64,000 nucleotides of DNA, from positions 1,824,001-1,888,000 of the forward strand of contig CH464491.1 of assembly GCA_000002445.1 (NCBI GenBank). Direction: 5' to 3'. Position numbers and translations under genes: made by a program. Origin of the DNA: Trypanosoma brucei (lineage: Eukaryota). Below are positions 35,461 to 45,815 of this stretch, one piece after another. The notes under the pieces are model-generated. The model searched no databases. It saw only the letters and a list, made by a program, of their open reading frames with translations, and was not told the origin of the DNA. The stretch's first letter is position 1; every line of letters starts with the position of its first letter.

Positions 35461-37275
35461 CTACAGACCATCTGCCGTCATGCCCAGCACGTCCAGTTGG
35501 ATGATGTCTGTTCTACCATTCAGCAGCTGACCTAAATGTGGAACGGTCCTTCCCATATCCCCATGAACAAACTCCTTCACATAGGTGCCAGCCTGAGTCT
35601 CTAAGTCCATCAGGAACCAGTGAGCATTTAACGGCACCAATTGAATACGGTGAATAACTCGGTTACGTGACTGCAACGATCGCCTATGTAGTACACGCAC
35701 GGGGGTGCGTTGTTCGACAACTAGGTCACACACAGCGTTCGTTGCCTGAAAATGTCTATCTTTCTCCGGCTCAGGTATTGATCTGCTGCACCACACAACA
35801 CAACGGTACCTCTTCACCTTGCTCTGCGAGTGATGAGCCATGCGGAGAAGTATACCAGCATCTGTTATGCGTAATTCTGATATTTCCACGCTTCCCTCCT
35901 CGCTGGTATTAACCACAGCTTCCAGAGATGCCAAATCCTCCGGTGACGCGCGTTCCCTGCTGGGCGATATGACTTCGAGAACGAAGGGCCGCCCACTTCC
36001 GAGCATACGTACATCCACATCTTCCCGCCCAGCGCTATGAAACTTGTACCGTCCGTAGCCGAAGACGCGTTCGGATGCCGTGCGGTGCGGATTCAGCTTT
36101 TCCACTCCGGGATGTTGTTGGTCAGCTTCCAACACCTCACGCCGGGGACGCTTCACGCTTTGGCATGCGGCATCTTTCATTGGCCCTTCCCACGGTAGGG
36201 ACGTTACACCTTCGGGGAAAAAGAAGGGCAACACCGGATCGGCAATCGCTTCCTGTAGAGAGTACGAGCCAACACGTTTTCCATTAACAAACCAAGGGGA
36301 CTGTGAGAGATCCCGCCTCGTTTTGCGGTAGTTTCCGATCAACATGATATTGGAGTGCTGCAGGGAACAAGCCAGTGTTGCTGGTTCACAGATCAAAAAA
36401 TTGCCACTCCGTCCCACATCAGCAGCATCTCCGGTCCAACATCCAGTAGCATTCAAGTAAGGAAACACGTAGTCATATATAACACTGTACGTCAGCACCC
36501 CTTCGCTCCGGTTGCTACAGTACTGCAGTGGTACCGCAGTCCCGTTGGTAAGGTTCTTTAGTTGGTGATGCTCAGCGGCTATGTCCGCAACGAGGCCCTC
36601 GTTATCGGGGCTGTATACAAACGCCTGTTGTACCTGGGGTTCAGTTACACCGCCGTCACTTCCGGCACGACGAGTGATCTCCTGCATGTAGGCCTTATAC
36701 CCAACAAGCGTCTTCACTTTGGATAACTCAGAGTGCTCACGCACAAGGTACTGCAGAACCCGCGCCCGCAGGTCACTCATGTAGAAATCCTTGAAGTTGG
36801 CGTGCTCTTCTGGCACCAACGCTGTGGGATTTGGTTTCTCATTCTCCCTTCCACTTACACCGTGAAAGATTGCAGCCACTGCCAACCACAAAAATGATAC
36901 GCTCCGGTGAACACTCACATTCACGGAAAGGCGGCTCGAGTCGATGAACCTACTTGTGCGAATTGTCGCGGCCACAACTGGGGCGTGGACGGCATCCAAA
37001 AACTGGTAAAGTCCCAAGCACGCACAGCAGAGACTGTGCCTCTCATCGGCCGCCGTAGTGCTCTCTCCGTTATCTTTTGCCTTTCGAAAGTACCGCAGAG
37101 CACTCTCCGCCGTTTCGTAAACAATTGAAAAGCGTGGGTGATACGTTTCGTCGAGGAGCCTACCGTTCCCACAGTGGTCAGAGCGCGTCTGTACTGGGGG
37201 CTGCGGTGGAGGTACCTGATGCATGATCGACATCCGAAGGGCACATGAGTGACACAGCACATTTTTTTGTGTCAT
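35461..37275 (-). CDS. Pus10-like tRNA pseudouridine synthase (putative)
   Basis: An N-terminal Cys pair-of-pairs (CHSCALRM ... CCACLG) and the segment AGREDVDVRMLGSGRPFVLEV. I recall the latter as the catalytic-Asp region of Pus10-family synthases. This was not verified. Confidence 0.5.
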   Translation of the reverse strand: MTQKNVLCHSCALRMSIMHQVPPPQPPVQTRSDHCGNGRLLDETYHPRFSIVYETAESALRYFRKAKDNGESTTAADERHSLCCACLGLYQFLDAVHAPVVAATIRTSRFIDSSRLSVNVSVHRSVSFLWLAVAAIFHGVSGRENEKPNPTALVPEEHANFKDFYMSDLRARVLQYLVREHSELSKVKTLVGYKAYMQEITRRAGSDGGVTEPQVQQAFVYSPDNEGLVADIAAEHHQLKNLTNGTAVPLQYCSNRSEGVLTYSVIYDYVFPYLNATGCWTGDAADVGRSGNFLICEPATLACSLQHSNIMLIGNYRKTRRDLSQSPWFVNGKRVGSYSLQEAIADPVLPFFFPEGVTSLPWEGPMKDAACQSVKRPRREVLEADQQHPGVEKLNPHRTASERVFGYGRYKFHSAGREDVDVRMLGSGRPFVLEVISPSRERASPEDLASLEAVVNTSEEGSVEISELRITDAGILLRMAHHSQSKVKRYRCVVWCSRSIPEPEKDRHFQATNAVCDLVVEQRTPVRVLHRRSLQSRNRVIHRIQLVPLNAHWFLMDLETQAGTYVKEFVHGDMGRTVPHLGQLLNGRTDIIQLDVLGMTADGL

Positions 37276-38450
37276 ATGGGTGTCAGAAACCTCAGCGCTA
37301 CGGGTAGTTTTGGGTGTTGATAGCCAGTAAAAAAAAAAAAAGCAATATCACCCCATAGTGATGGTGAAGTGGAAATATAAAAAAATAATGAAAAGAGAAC
37401 AGGGTATATCCGAGCGGAATAGCCACCATGGAAAGCAAGTGTTACTAAGTGATCTGTCAAAGGGCTTTTCACCTGAACAGAAATATTTAAAAAAAATACG
37501 AACATATACTACTCACCGTATGCTTGGACTAAATCGCGGTACAAGCCACCCAAAAAAATAGTCAGCTACCTCCTCGGTAGGCGGTGAGCGAAGCGCTCAC
37601 ATGCTGTCAGAGTGATAGAATGGTAAAAATAAAAAAGTAAAAGATGGAGTAGTTGATTGACGTTTTTCCCTTTTCTTTTTTTCTAATTCGCACTCGTGCG
37701 TCTGCTTCGCCTTTCGATCCTTGTTCCTTTAAGAATGGATCAGGTCGATTGGGAGAAATGTTAAATTTAGTAGTAATCAGAAAGGTGGGAGACACTAAAA
37801 TTAAAAGCTAATAAAAGAAAAAAAATAAGAATGATAGCAGGAACGGTAACTATTGTAATGACGAGCCCGACTCAGGTGGTTCCCACCACCCTTGGGTTAG
37901 GCACCCGTTTTCGTGCTCGTGTTTGTTCGTGCCACAATAACGCACGACAGAATCCATCCACTACAGCATACGGCTCAAATGTTTTGTGGACACGTTTGTG
38001 TGCACATTTACTACCATCTCCCCTTTTTTCGATAGGTCCCTATTATCTACGTGTGTGTCATGGTTGCCTTTGTTGGTGTCGTTGAGGTAAATGAGCGCAG
38101 GCTTGCCGTGGTAAAACAAAAACACCGTTCCCCCTCCTCCCTCCACCAGCCTCCCATCACACAGTCATATGTACTGAAGGCGAGCTCAAAGCCTTCCTTG
38201 ATTCACTCTGAAGTCCTTCCACTCAGTAGTAAGTGGGAAATAGTGCGCTCCGGCGTTGCTTAGTCCCAGTTGCGCCGGTTGTTTGTCTGTTTTTTTCGCC
38301 GCGGAGACGTGTGCCTTCAGGGCATTCGACTCAGGAAAGGAAGGTTAACGGTCGGTCAACACAGCCGTGTGTCTCAGTGGTTATTCTCTTCCTATGTGTA
38401 CGCCCCCCTCCGTATCTAACAATGGTATGAGATCCTCGATATGCCTAACA

Positions 38451-39974
38451 CTACTGTTTTTCATCCTCGCTCAGAGTGCCTGTTACTATTCTCCCGTAAA
38501 AGTCCTCTTTCCGCACCAGTTGGCAATAGACAAGCGAAATGACCATTACAACCCCAAGTACTGAGAGGTTTACGATAACCGACTGCGTACTTTCCACCAT
38601 ACCCAGGACGATGAGTCCAGCGAAAAGTATCATTGGAATAATAAGCAAGTACAGTAGCTTCCCCTCAAAAGGAGCTCTGAACGGCCGCTTGAGATGCGGA
38701 TGGCGGTGGCGTATGACCAGGAAGGCAATAAAGATCATAAGCACCCTCAACCCGTAGAGCACTTGATCAACCTTCACGAGCGGTCCAAATTCGAGGAAGA
38801 CGCCGAACAATGCGCTTAATACTGCATTTAGGGTTAGGGTCCAATGATAAGTGCCGAAACGCTTGTTCCGTTTATACAAGACCCGATTAATCGGCCCGGG
38901 AAATGCTTCCGTGTAGGCAACACCTGCGATGATTTGTGTTGTTGTGCAGAAAGAAGAGAGCAGTAAGGCATGTGCAGACAGCGCGCTAGCAACAACCATA
39001 AATACCCTTAGTGGCACACCTCCCACACTGAAGGCGACGTCCGACCAGAAACCTGTTACCCACTGTGACAAATCAGGTAGGCCTTCTCGTATGCTTGCTC
39101 CAGTGAGTATTGGGGGAATGTACGTAAGGTAGGCAAGTCCCAGAAGAGGCGCAAGCGCGCGGATGAAGGTTCGTCGAGGTGCCTTGGTCTGTTCAATAAC
39201 CGTGGCGGCTTGCTCCAACCCACAAAGGTTCCACGAGGTAGTTGTTATGAATGTCGCCCAATCAATAGATGGGGGAATGTAGCTTATCGCCGGCCAGTTG
39301 AGGTAAAAATTGCTCTTGATCATATGCATCGAAAATAACGTCAAAAACGGTGCGACCGTCACAATAGAGAGTGCGATACTCAATTTTCCAACAGCCTGAA
39401 CTCCCACCATGTTCAACGTGTACGTCACCAGCACCATGCCCAACCGAAGCAGTTTACTGATCGTGTCAGAACAAGGGACTGCAGTGCACACGTACTCAGA
39501 TATGAGCACGGTATAAAGTGCATTGTCGATGAAAATGAGCAGGAAAGTCAGTAATACCATCGCGAAGTAAACAACACGATGGAATGAAACGTTGTACCAC
39601 ATTAAGAAGGCAGCGTTCGACGGTATGGCTGTTGCCAATTCCGCAACGACGATAGTCGTTGGCGCTGCCATGAGTAGGGGAACCAGAACAATAGAAATGA
39701 TACCAAGCAGTGGCCCTCCCCCGAGGACAGTTTCTTCAATAGCGTAAGCCCCAGAAGTAGTATACGCGTACATCAACCCCATGAGCATTGGTACTGAAAG
39801 ACTCCTCTTTGGAGCCCCTTTATCCAGGATGAATTGTTGCTCTCCGTCATTTGTCTGTCCTTCGACATCGGCCGAGGACTCAATTGGAGAGGCAGTTTCT
39901 TGTCGTTGACGAAAGATGTGGTAACGAGGGTGTTCGAAGTATTGATGTTCGTCCACGAATCCATCCCCAGCCAT
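38451..39974 (-). CDS. Amino-acid/polyamine permease (APC superfamily), ~12 TM
   Basis: A 507 aa ORF that is almost entirely hydrophobic helices, with a hydrophilic ~60 aa N-terminus. Its composition and spacing are typical of APC-type transporters. Confidence 0.7.
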   Translation of the reverse strand: MAGDGFVDEHQYFEHPRYHIFRQRQETASPIESSADVEGQTNDGEQQFILDKGAPKRSLSVPMLMGLMYAYTTSGAYAIEETVLGGGPLLGIISIVLVPLLMAAPTTIVVAELATAIPSNAAFLMWYNVSFHRVVYFAMVLLTFLLIFIDNALYTVLISEYVCTAVPCSDTISKLLRLGMVLVTYTLNMVGVQAVGKLSIALSIVTVAPFLTLFSMHMIKSNFYLNWPAISYIPPSIDWATFITTTSWNLCGLEQAATVIEQTKAPRRTFIRALAPLLGLAYLTYIPPILTGASIREGLPDLSQWVTGFWSDVAFSVGGVPLRVFMVVASALSAHALLLSSFCTTTQIIAGVAYTEAFPGPINRVLYKRNKRFGTYHWTLTLNAVLSALFGVFLEFGPLVKVDQVLYGLRVLMIFIAFLVIRHRHPHLKRPFRAPFEGKLLYLLIIPMILFAGLIVLGMVESTQSVIVNLSVLGVVMVISLVYCQLVRKEDFYGRIVTGTLSEDEKQ

Positions 39975-40476
39975 TTACCCTCTTACTCTTGGACGAAATC
40001 AAACCTTAACCCTTGGTTTCAGTTGTGTTCAGGACCTTTCTTCTACGGGGGAAAAAGAGCATGATACGAACAATGGAGCACCTACAGCAAGCAAGCTTTT
40101 CAGAGATAACCACAAACTAGTTGCTTTGTGCTTTTGATATCGGGTGACAATCAACAGATAACTTAGGTACCGAAGTATCGCCCCTCCGGACAGTGTTCCC
40201 ACTGACCCGGGAACGCAGACACACACACGCACAAATACACACAAACACAAACACGTTAAACAGCGCCGTGTGCCGACATGTGTCCCACGTGAAAGTGCTT
40301 CCGAACTATTTTGCATGGCGAATCGGCGGTTATGTGTACCGTCTAGTCCCGCTGTAACGACGTCGCATTGGAAGAGATGCCAGTGCACATCACAGAACTT
40401 CTCATTCCATTAGATCGTACACTTTCCTGCGGGCTCAGTGGTGCGCACCCTCTGCTTCTGCAGTGAAACGCTGCCG

Positions 40477-40494
40477 GTGTGTGTGTGTGTGTGT
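40477..40494. repeat. (GT)9 microsatellite; an imperfect CA-rich stretch is also at 40218-40252
   Basis: Read directly from the sequence. Confidence 0.9.
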
Positions 40495-40996
40495 TTGGGG
40501 AAGAGGTGAGTGAGAAAGAAGAGGGAACAGGAGTCATTTGATCCACGTCACGGCCTTTTGCCTTTGCTCAACCACGCCTCAGTGAAGAGAAATCAAATAC
40601 AAAGTTCCACCCTCTCGATTCTAGCAAGGACAGCAAGCAGAGGGGCGGGAGTTGCAACCACACCGGCTGCCAGCAGTTAAACTCCACGTGGCAGCTGACA
40701 ATACCCCATTATTTTCCATTTGTGAAGGGGAAGCTGGACGGCCGAGAGCACCACGTTCCACCCATGTAGAAAAATGTGCAATAGCTCGTTTGAAGCACAA
40801 AAAGTGACCCCCAGAATGAGCGCACCCTCAGATTCTTCGGGCGTTCACATACATAGAAGCGTTCCCACAACTTTTGTTCGCATACAGTGCGCTTTGCACC
40901 TGCGGAAACCATCGGCCAAACACGTCGGTTTAGCACGCTGACAGCAGACACACCTTGTGATCACACGCGATTTCAGAAAAACACGACCGCTGATCC

Positions 40997-42220
40997 CTAA
41001 GCATTCGCTCCTGATAGAAAGGGATGTTGAAGTAATTCAGCAGCCGTCGGTCTTTCAGTAGAATTCTTCAGAAGACACAAGGTAACAAAATCCTTCAGTT
41101 TGTCAGAATAGCTCTGCCCAGAGCCCTGGTCAAATTCGTCCAACACGGGACCGAAAGAGTTGGACGAGGATTGCCGATAGCCGTGCAATATCATTGACGG
41201 GATCTGCAACTCCAGAGGAGTCCACGGCAACCTCCCGGTTGATAGCTGGTACGTCAGCACGCCCACAGACCAGATGTCATTGGTGTATAGAAAGGGAATA
41301 CCCCGGCAACTTTCAGGGGACATGTAAGGTGCCGTACCATATATACCTTCCCGTCTGCCCACCCCTTCTTTCTTGACCGTTTTCCATTCTTCCAAGCCAC
41401 TCCCTTCCAAACAGCGTAGGCAAGGGCACATACAATCCACGTCCGACAACTTGTATCGCACCTCCCCGGCGCCCGCGCCCCCAAACAGGAGTATATTCTG
41501 GGGTTTAACGTCATTGTGTACTGCGCCAACAACGTCATGCATGTATTGCAGCGTACGGAGAACATCTAGGAGAACTGTCCGAACAACGCTGTCATTCAGC
41601 CTCTCCCTGCGCTTCAGGAGGGCATCCAAGGTCCCGCCGGAAGCGAGCTCCAACGCGGCGTACATGTCGATTCTTCCATCCTTCGTGCCATTTGCTGGAA
41701 AAAGCCCGGTGTAATAGCATCGAACAAATCCGGGGTGTGCGATACTGCGCCACAAACGCACAATGGCTATCAACCTATCAATCTCCTCAGCTCTGGTCAG
41801 TTGCAGCCGAGTTGCCTTCACAGCGACATGGTGTTCCTTCCAGCCATCAGTGGGTCTGGAGATAGTTCCGAGATACACAACTGAATTTGCTCCCTTCCCC
41901 AGAAGCTTAAACTGATGCTTCACAACAACAAGCTGTGACTCATCCCTAAACTCAAATGCCGCTACGGATGTTTCCGGTGTCTCGGAGGGTGTGGTGACCT
42001 TTACTTCTTCCACTTTGAACAGCGGGAAGAGGGACTCCTCCTCATCCTGTGCGCCTTCCTCTGCTCCCGTGGGGTGCGCGTCCACTCGTTCTTGCGGCAG
42101 TTCACACACCCCTTCGGGAGGTTCGGCACATGCTTGGGGAAGCTCTAGGAGCCGGGCTTTCACCTCCTGTAGCCGGCGCTCTAGTTCAACAAATCCCGTC
42201 GCACCATCGTCTCGTTCCAT
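40997..42220 (-). CDS. Serine/threonine protein kinase with an N-terminal coiled coil
   Basis: Glycine loop LLGKGANSVVYLG, catalytic lysine in HVAVKATRL, catalytic loop HNDVKPQNILL, and GTAPYMSPE (APE motif). Confidence 0.85.
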   Translation of the reverse strand: MERDDGATGFVELERRLQEVKARLLELPQACAEPPEGVCELPQERVDAHPTGAEEGAQDEEESLFPLFKVEEVKVTTPSETPETSVAAFEFRDESQLVVVKHQFKLLGKGANSVVYLGTISRPTDGWKEHHVAVKATRLQLTRAEEIDRLIAIVRLWRSIAHPGFVRCYYTGLFPANGTKDGRIDMYAALELASGGTLDALLKRRERLNDSVVRTVLLDVLRTLQYMHDVVGAVHNDVKPQNILLFGGAGAGEVRYKLSDVDCMCPCLRCLEGSGLEEWKTVKKEGVGRREGIYGTAPYMSPESCRGIPFLYTNDIWSVGVLTYQLSTGRLPWTPLELQIPSMILHGYRQSSSNSFGPVLDEFDQGSGQSYSDKLKDFVTLCLLKNSTERPTAAELLQHPFLSGANA

Positions 42221-43646
42221 TTTTTAGTCATTCCACTATGATTACGCGTGAAGAAAGGAAAAGGCAGCGTACATGCACATTCCAATACTTATATTCGGAC
42301 GATATGACTTCGAGGTTGCGGTGCAGCCTTAACTTATTTGTAACCCCTTAGCACAGAAGCATTTGTGTGTGCCCTCAGCTCGTTCGTTTGAGAATAAAGG
42401 TGGAAACTGGACTGAAAAAAAAAATCCACATTACAATACAGGCCAGTCAGCTGGCCCACCATCTTCTTCAGCGCAACCGAACGTTACGACATATGGTCGC
42501 TTGCCTCTGCGAATAGAAAGCCATCTGTTTCGGGCCCGCCTTTCCAATGAAGAGCGGCCTGCACTCAACAGCCAGCCATGTCGCACTGCATCCCGATGGG
42601 CACGCCCGAAGTGGGTATCTGGAAACTACAGCGTTGATACGGACGCCAGTGTAGGACAAAGAGAGTGTTTACCGCCCTGTACAGTCAGTTGGGGCTGCGG
42701 CCCGTGATTTTTCAGCGTTCGAGCCAAATGACCTGCGTCGACCGGTTAGGTCACATCCTAAGCAATACTGTCGCATAAGTGGGACGGATTCGCACCACAC
42801 ATCACCGTTATAAACGTATAGCTCCCCCTCACCGTTGACGAGATGTTACCCTCGGCACAGAGAAAGAGCTGGGGTTGTGCGCAGCACCCTAATACTCAAC
42901 AACAAATTATCCTTCACGACGAAAGCACAGGCAGCTAGACAGCGGTCGAAACTATCACATCCAAGCCTATACAAATCATCGCACCACCGCTTCGCACAAC
43001 ACACTTACGCGGACATATTGTGTTAACGCACTCAGGGACGACCTCCATCGTGTACCGTCCGGGAGACGGCGCTATGTCGCACCCGTAATGCTGTGGGAAA
43101 TATCGCAAAAAGCTCGACCTAAAACAGTTAAGTTCGATGTACACGGAAGGAGGTGCCTGATAACTGACTCCCAACCCTTCATGTCCCTCCGCTCCAGTAG
43201 CTAGAAACCACGAGAATCGGTGGTAATGATTGCTGGTCGGCTCCCTCGCCTCAACGTATGAGTCAAGGAAAATCAAAAAGTACAGGCTTTGTTTGACAGG
43301 TGCAGGTGAGAGATTAGACAGTGAACATCGCAAACAAAGTGCCAACGGTGAATGTGAAACCCCACAGGGGCTGCGAGCGATCTGATTATGTGGCACACGC
43401 GCAACCACAGGGAAAGTTGTTTTGTACTCGGTACTGATTACCACAAGAATAACGATATTTGTAACACTCCGTAATTTCCTATAAAACAGAAGCAAGGGGG
43501 AATGGGGAAGTGAGAAGAAATGCTTTTTTTCTTTTTTAAAACCACGCAACCAGCACACTACTTTGCGGAAACTAGCGTAGGAGAGGGGACCCTCACGACA
43601 GCCCCTTCCTGGAAGAAAATTTATTCTTTTCCCAGCGGAAATATTT

Positions 43647-43662
43647 CCCTAACCCTAACCCC
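43647..43662 (+). repeat. Interstitial telomere-like repeat (CCCTAA)2CCCC
   Basis: The exact telomeric hexamer (vertebrate/kinetoplastid type) appears 2.3 times in an intergenic spacer. A 12-mer of this kind is not expected by chance in 64 kb. Confidence 0.7.
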
Positions 43663-43702
43663 ACCACATTAAGCATATCCTTATCTCGGTACCCCTTCGC
43701 GA

Positions 43703-44101
43703 TCAGTCAACCCATCGCCGCGCGCCAGACATGTTTGGTACCTTCCATCCTTCCTGATGCTGCCAAAAGTGATGTGGTGTTCCACCCGAGTTGTTGTAGA
43801 AGAAATGCTTTGGGGTGCCAGGAGGTACCTCCTTCATCAACGGAAGGGGAATCCCAAAGAAGAGATCATACACGACACACGCCACAAAGGTAAAAATTGG
43901 TGCTCGGTAGAAAAGCCACTCAAAAGGAATTTGAAAAGGCCATCCAAGGGCATGCTTAGTCAGGTAAAACCCACCGGCAGTGGGTGCAGTAGAAATCTGT
44001 TTGGGTGCCTCCCGATAGGGAAACGTTCGCTTTGGAACGCCATGAGGATATAGTGCCTTCACATCAAATCCGCTAAATCTCAACCCCGAACGACTGACCA
44101 T
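43703..44101 (-). CDS. Small hypothetical protein (132 aa), aromatic/Pro-rich with one hydrophobic segment
   Basis: A minus-strand ORF co-oriented with the array. Its composition is protein-like (PFQIPFEWLFYRAPIFTFVACVVYDLFFGIPLPL). An overlapping plus-strand ORF (43757-44053) is the alternative, so the call is uncertain. Confidence 0.4.
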   Translation of the reverse strand: MVSRSGLRFSGFDVKALYPHGVPKRTFPYREAPKQISTAPTAGGFYLTKHALGWPFQIPFEWLFYRAPIFTFVACVVYDLFFGIPLPLMKEVPPGTPKHFFYNNSGGTPHHFWQHQEGWKVPNMSGARRWVD

Positions 44102-44370
44102 GGTTAATCTACAGCACGAAGTGTTGTAGCCTAACTAAGCGGGAAACCTAGTGCATGTATAAGAAAACGTTAACAAGATAAACAATGGCATTAACTTAGG
44201 AATTGTGCAAAGTTCGAAGAGCCACAAGGTTAGCCACACGTGGCCGCCGCACAAGCGGAAAAACATAGCGCTTCGTCTCTGTGATCCTATACATGGTACG
44301 ACCCCCGCAAGCTGTTACAAAGCTCTCCATAGGCATTTTCGTGCAACAAGAAATCCCTCTGCAGCACCTG

Positions 44371-45516
44371 TTAATGCCTATCTGCAAGGAAGCGTCGGCC
44401 CCTAATAGCTTTCAATACCTCCACTCTGAGATTCAGTACGGCCTGCAGGGACTCTGCGCACTGAATTGGTTCTGCTTCACCACACGCAACAAGTTGCGGC
44501 CTGGCGTTAATGATTTCTGAAGTTAACCTGAACTCTTCTTCAGCTCTGTTTATGTCTTTCTGCAGAAGAAAACAGCTTCCCAAATTCAGGGGCAGCCATG
44601 GGTCGTATTTGAGCTTGTCGGTGCCCTCCGCCATCAAACTCTGAAAATCCACAATAGCAGCCTTAAGGAGTTCCTCTTCGTATGCCCGTTGGTCCACTGC
44701 TGCTAGTTCACCAAGCACCTCCGACTTCACATCATCCAAAGATTTCAGAGCTGGCAGAACAACAGAGGCGCCGTCACAACGTTTTGTGGCAGCAGGCTGG
44801 GAACTTTCCTCATCGTCATACTTCCAACTAGACTCAACAATACGCAGTGCAAGACATGCCCGACGCAGCTGAGCATAGTGGTACTCCTCCTTCACCCTCA
44901 GAGCGGATGAGTACGCTTGCAATGCCTCCTTTAATAGGCCTTGCTCTTCATATGCCCTTCCTAGGTTAGCCCACGCGTAGTAATTGGCTTCGTTCAATCG
45001 TATCGCCGTTTTAAAGTCATTAACGCACTGATTGAACTCCGAAGAAAGGAGACGAAGACCAGGTACACGTGTGCTCAAGATACATAAGCCTCTGTGATTA
45101 TATGCGTGGTCATTGTCAGGCTCTACATTGATAATTGAACTGTAATCTACGAAGGCGGAAGACCAATTTGATGAAGCCACGTAGCTTGCTGCACGTGCCT
45201 CCATAGCTCTAATATTTAGTGGATCTTTCTCCAGGCACTGGGAATAACGCTCGATTGCTTTTTCATATTCCTCTTGACCACGAAGGCACTCCCCGAGTAG
45301 GAAATAAGCAACTGTGTTTTCCTCGTATATCTCTATCGCTGCCTCCAAAGCTACCATTGCCTTTACATAATTCGGTTGTGCGTTCCTACCTGTCGGTTCC
45401 AGCAATGAGAGGCCTTCGTCGCACTTTTCGTGAGAAGATTTTATCCGAGCTTCTAACAGCTTTCTCTCCTTGCGCCTGGCTCTCCGCTCCTTACTCGACT
45501 TCGAGCGCTTTGCCAT
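44371..45516 (-). CDS. Tetratricopeptide (TPR) repeat protein; the ORF extends to 45594 but the probable start is MAKRSKSSKERRARRK
   Basis: Repeated 34-residue helical units with the TPR pattern (AYFLLGECLRGQEEYEKAIERYSQCLEKDP; AYNHRGLCIL; YYAWANLGRAYEEQGLLKEALQAYSSALRV). Confidence 0.7.
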   Translation of the reverse strand: MAKRSKSSKERRARRKERKLLEARIKSSHEKCDEGLSLLEPTGRNAQPNYVKAMVALEAAIEIYEENTVAYFLLGECLRGQEEYEKAIERYSQCLEKDPLNIRAMEARAASYVASSNWSSAFVDYSSIINVEPDNDHAYNHRGLCILSTRVPGLRLLSSEFNQCVNDFKTAIRLNEANYYAWANLGRAYEEQGLLKEALQAYSSALRVKEEYHYAQLRRACLALRIVESSWKYDDEESSQPAATKRCDGASVVLPALKSLDDVKSEVLGELAAVDQRAYEEELLKAAIVDFQSLMAEGTDKLKYDPWLPLNLGSCFLLQKDINRAEEEFRLTSEIINARPQLVACGEAEPIQCAESLQAVLNLRVEVLKAIRGRRFLADRH

Positions 45517-45815
45517 TGTATAATTTCTGGTGAGGTGGGAGAGACATCCAAAATAAAAGGGGGACATTGGCTCAAAACACACAGAGACGTACACATTTTC
45601 ATATACAATAATTCAGTGCGGAATATGTCCGTTAGAGTGGGTTTTTGCGATCCCCTAAGGAAAAGCCACCACGAGTTTGCACTCATGCGCTTACGTAACG
45701 AAAGTTAATGTGCTAAAACGAAAGGGGAAAAATCTACAAAACTTTAGCGAAACCTTTAGATGTTAAAGCACACAGATGCATGTAAAAAAAAAAATAATAA
45801 CGCTAATTAGAATTA

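Noticed and set aside
42935-43558. A 207-aa minus-strand ORF between the kinase gene and the telomere-like repeat
   Set aside because: The N-terminal third translates a low-complexity A/T-rich stretch (KKEKKHFFSL...) and the rest has no recognisable motif. It is probably spacer or UTR. It is kept out of the feature list, but a shorter real gene cannot be excluded.
43647-43662. Whether the telomere repeat marks a chromosome end or subtelomere
   Set aside because: There are only 2.3 hexamer units. The repeat is embedded between ordinary housekeeping genes, with no subtelomeric gene families or longer arrays. It is treated as an interstitial telomeric sequence.
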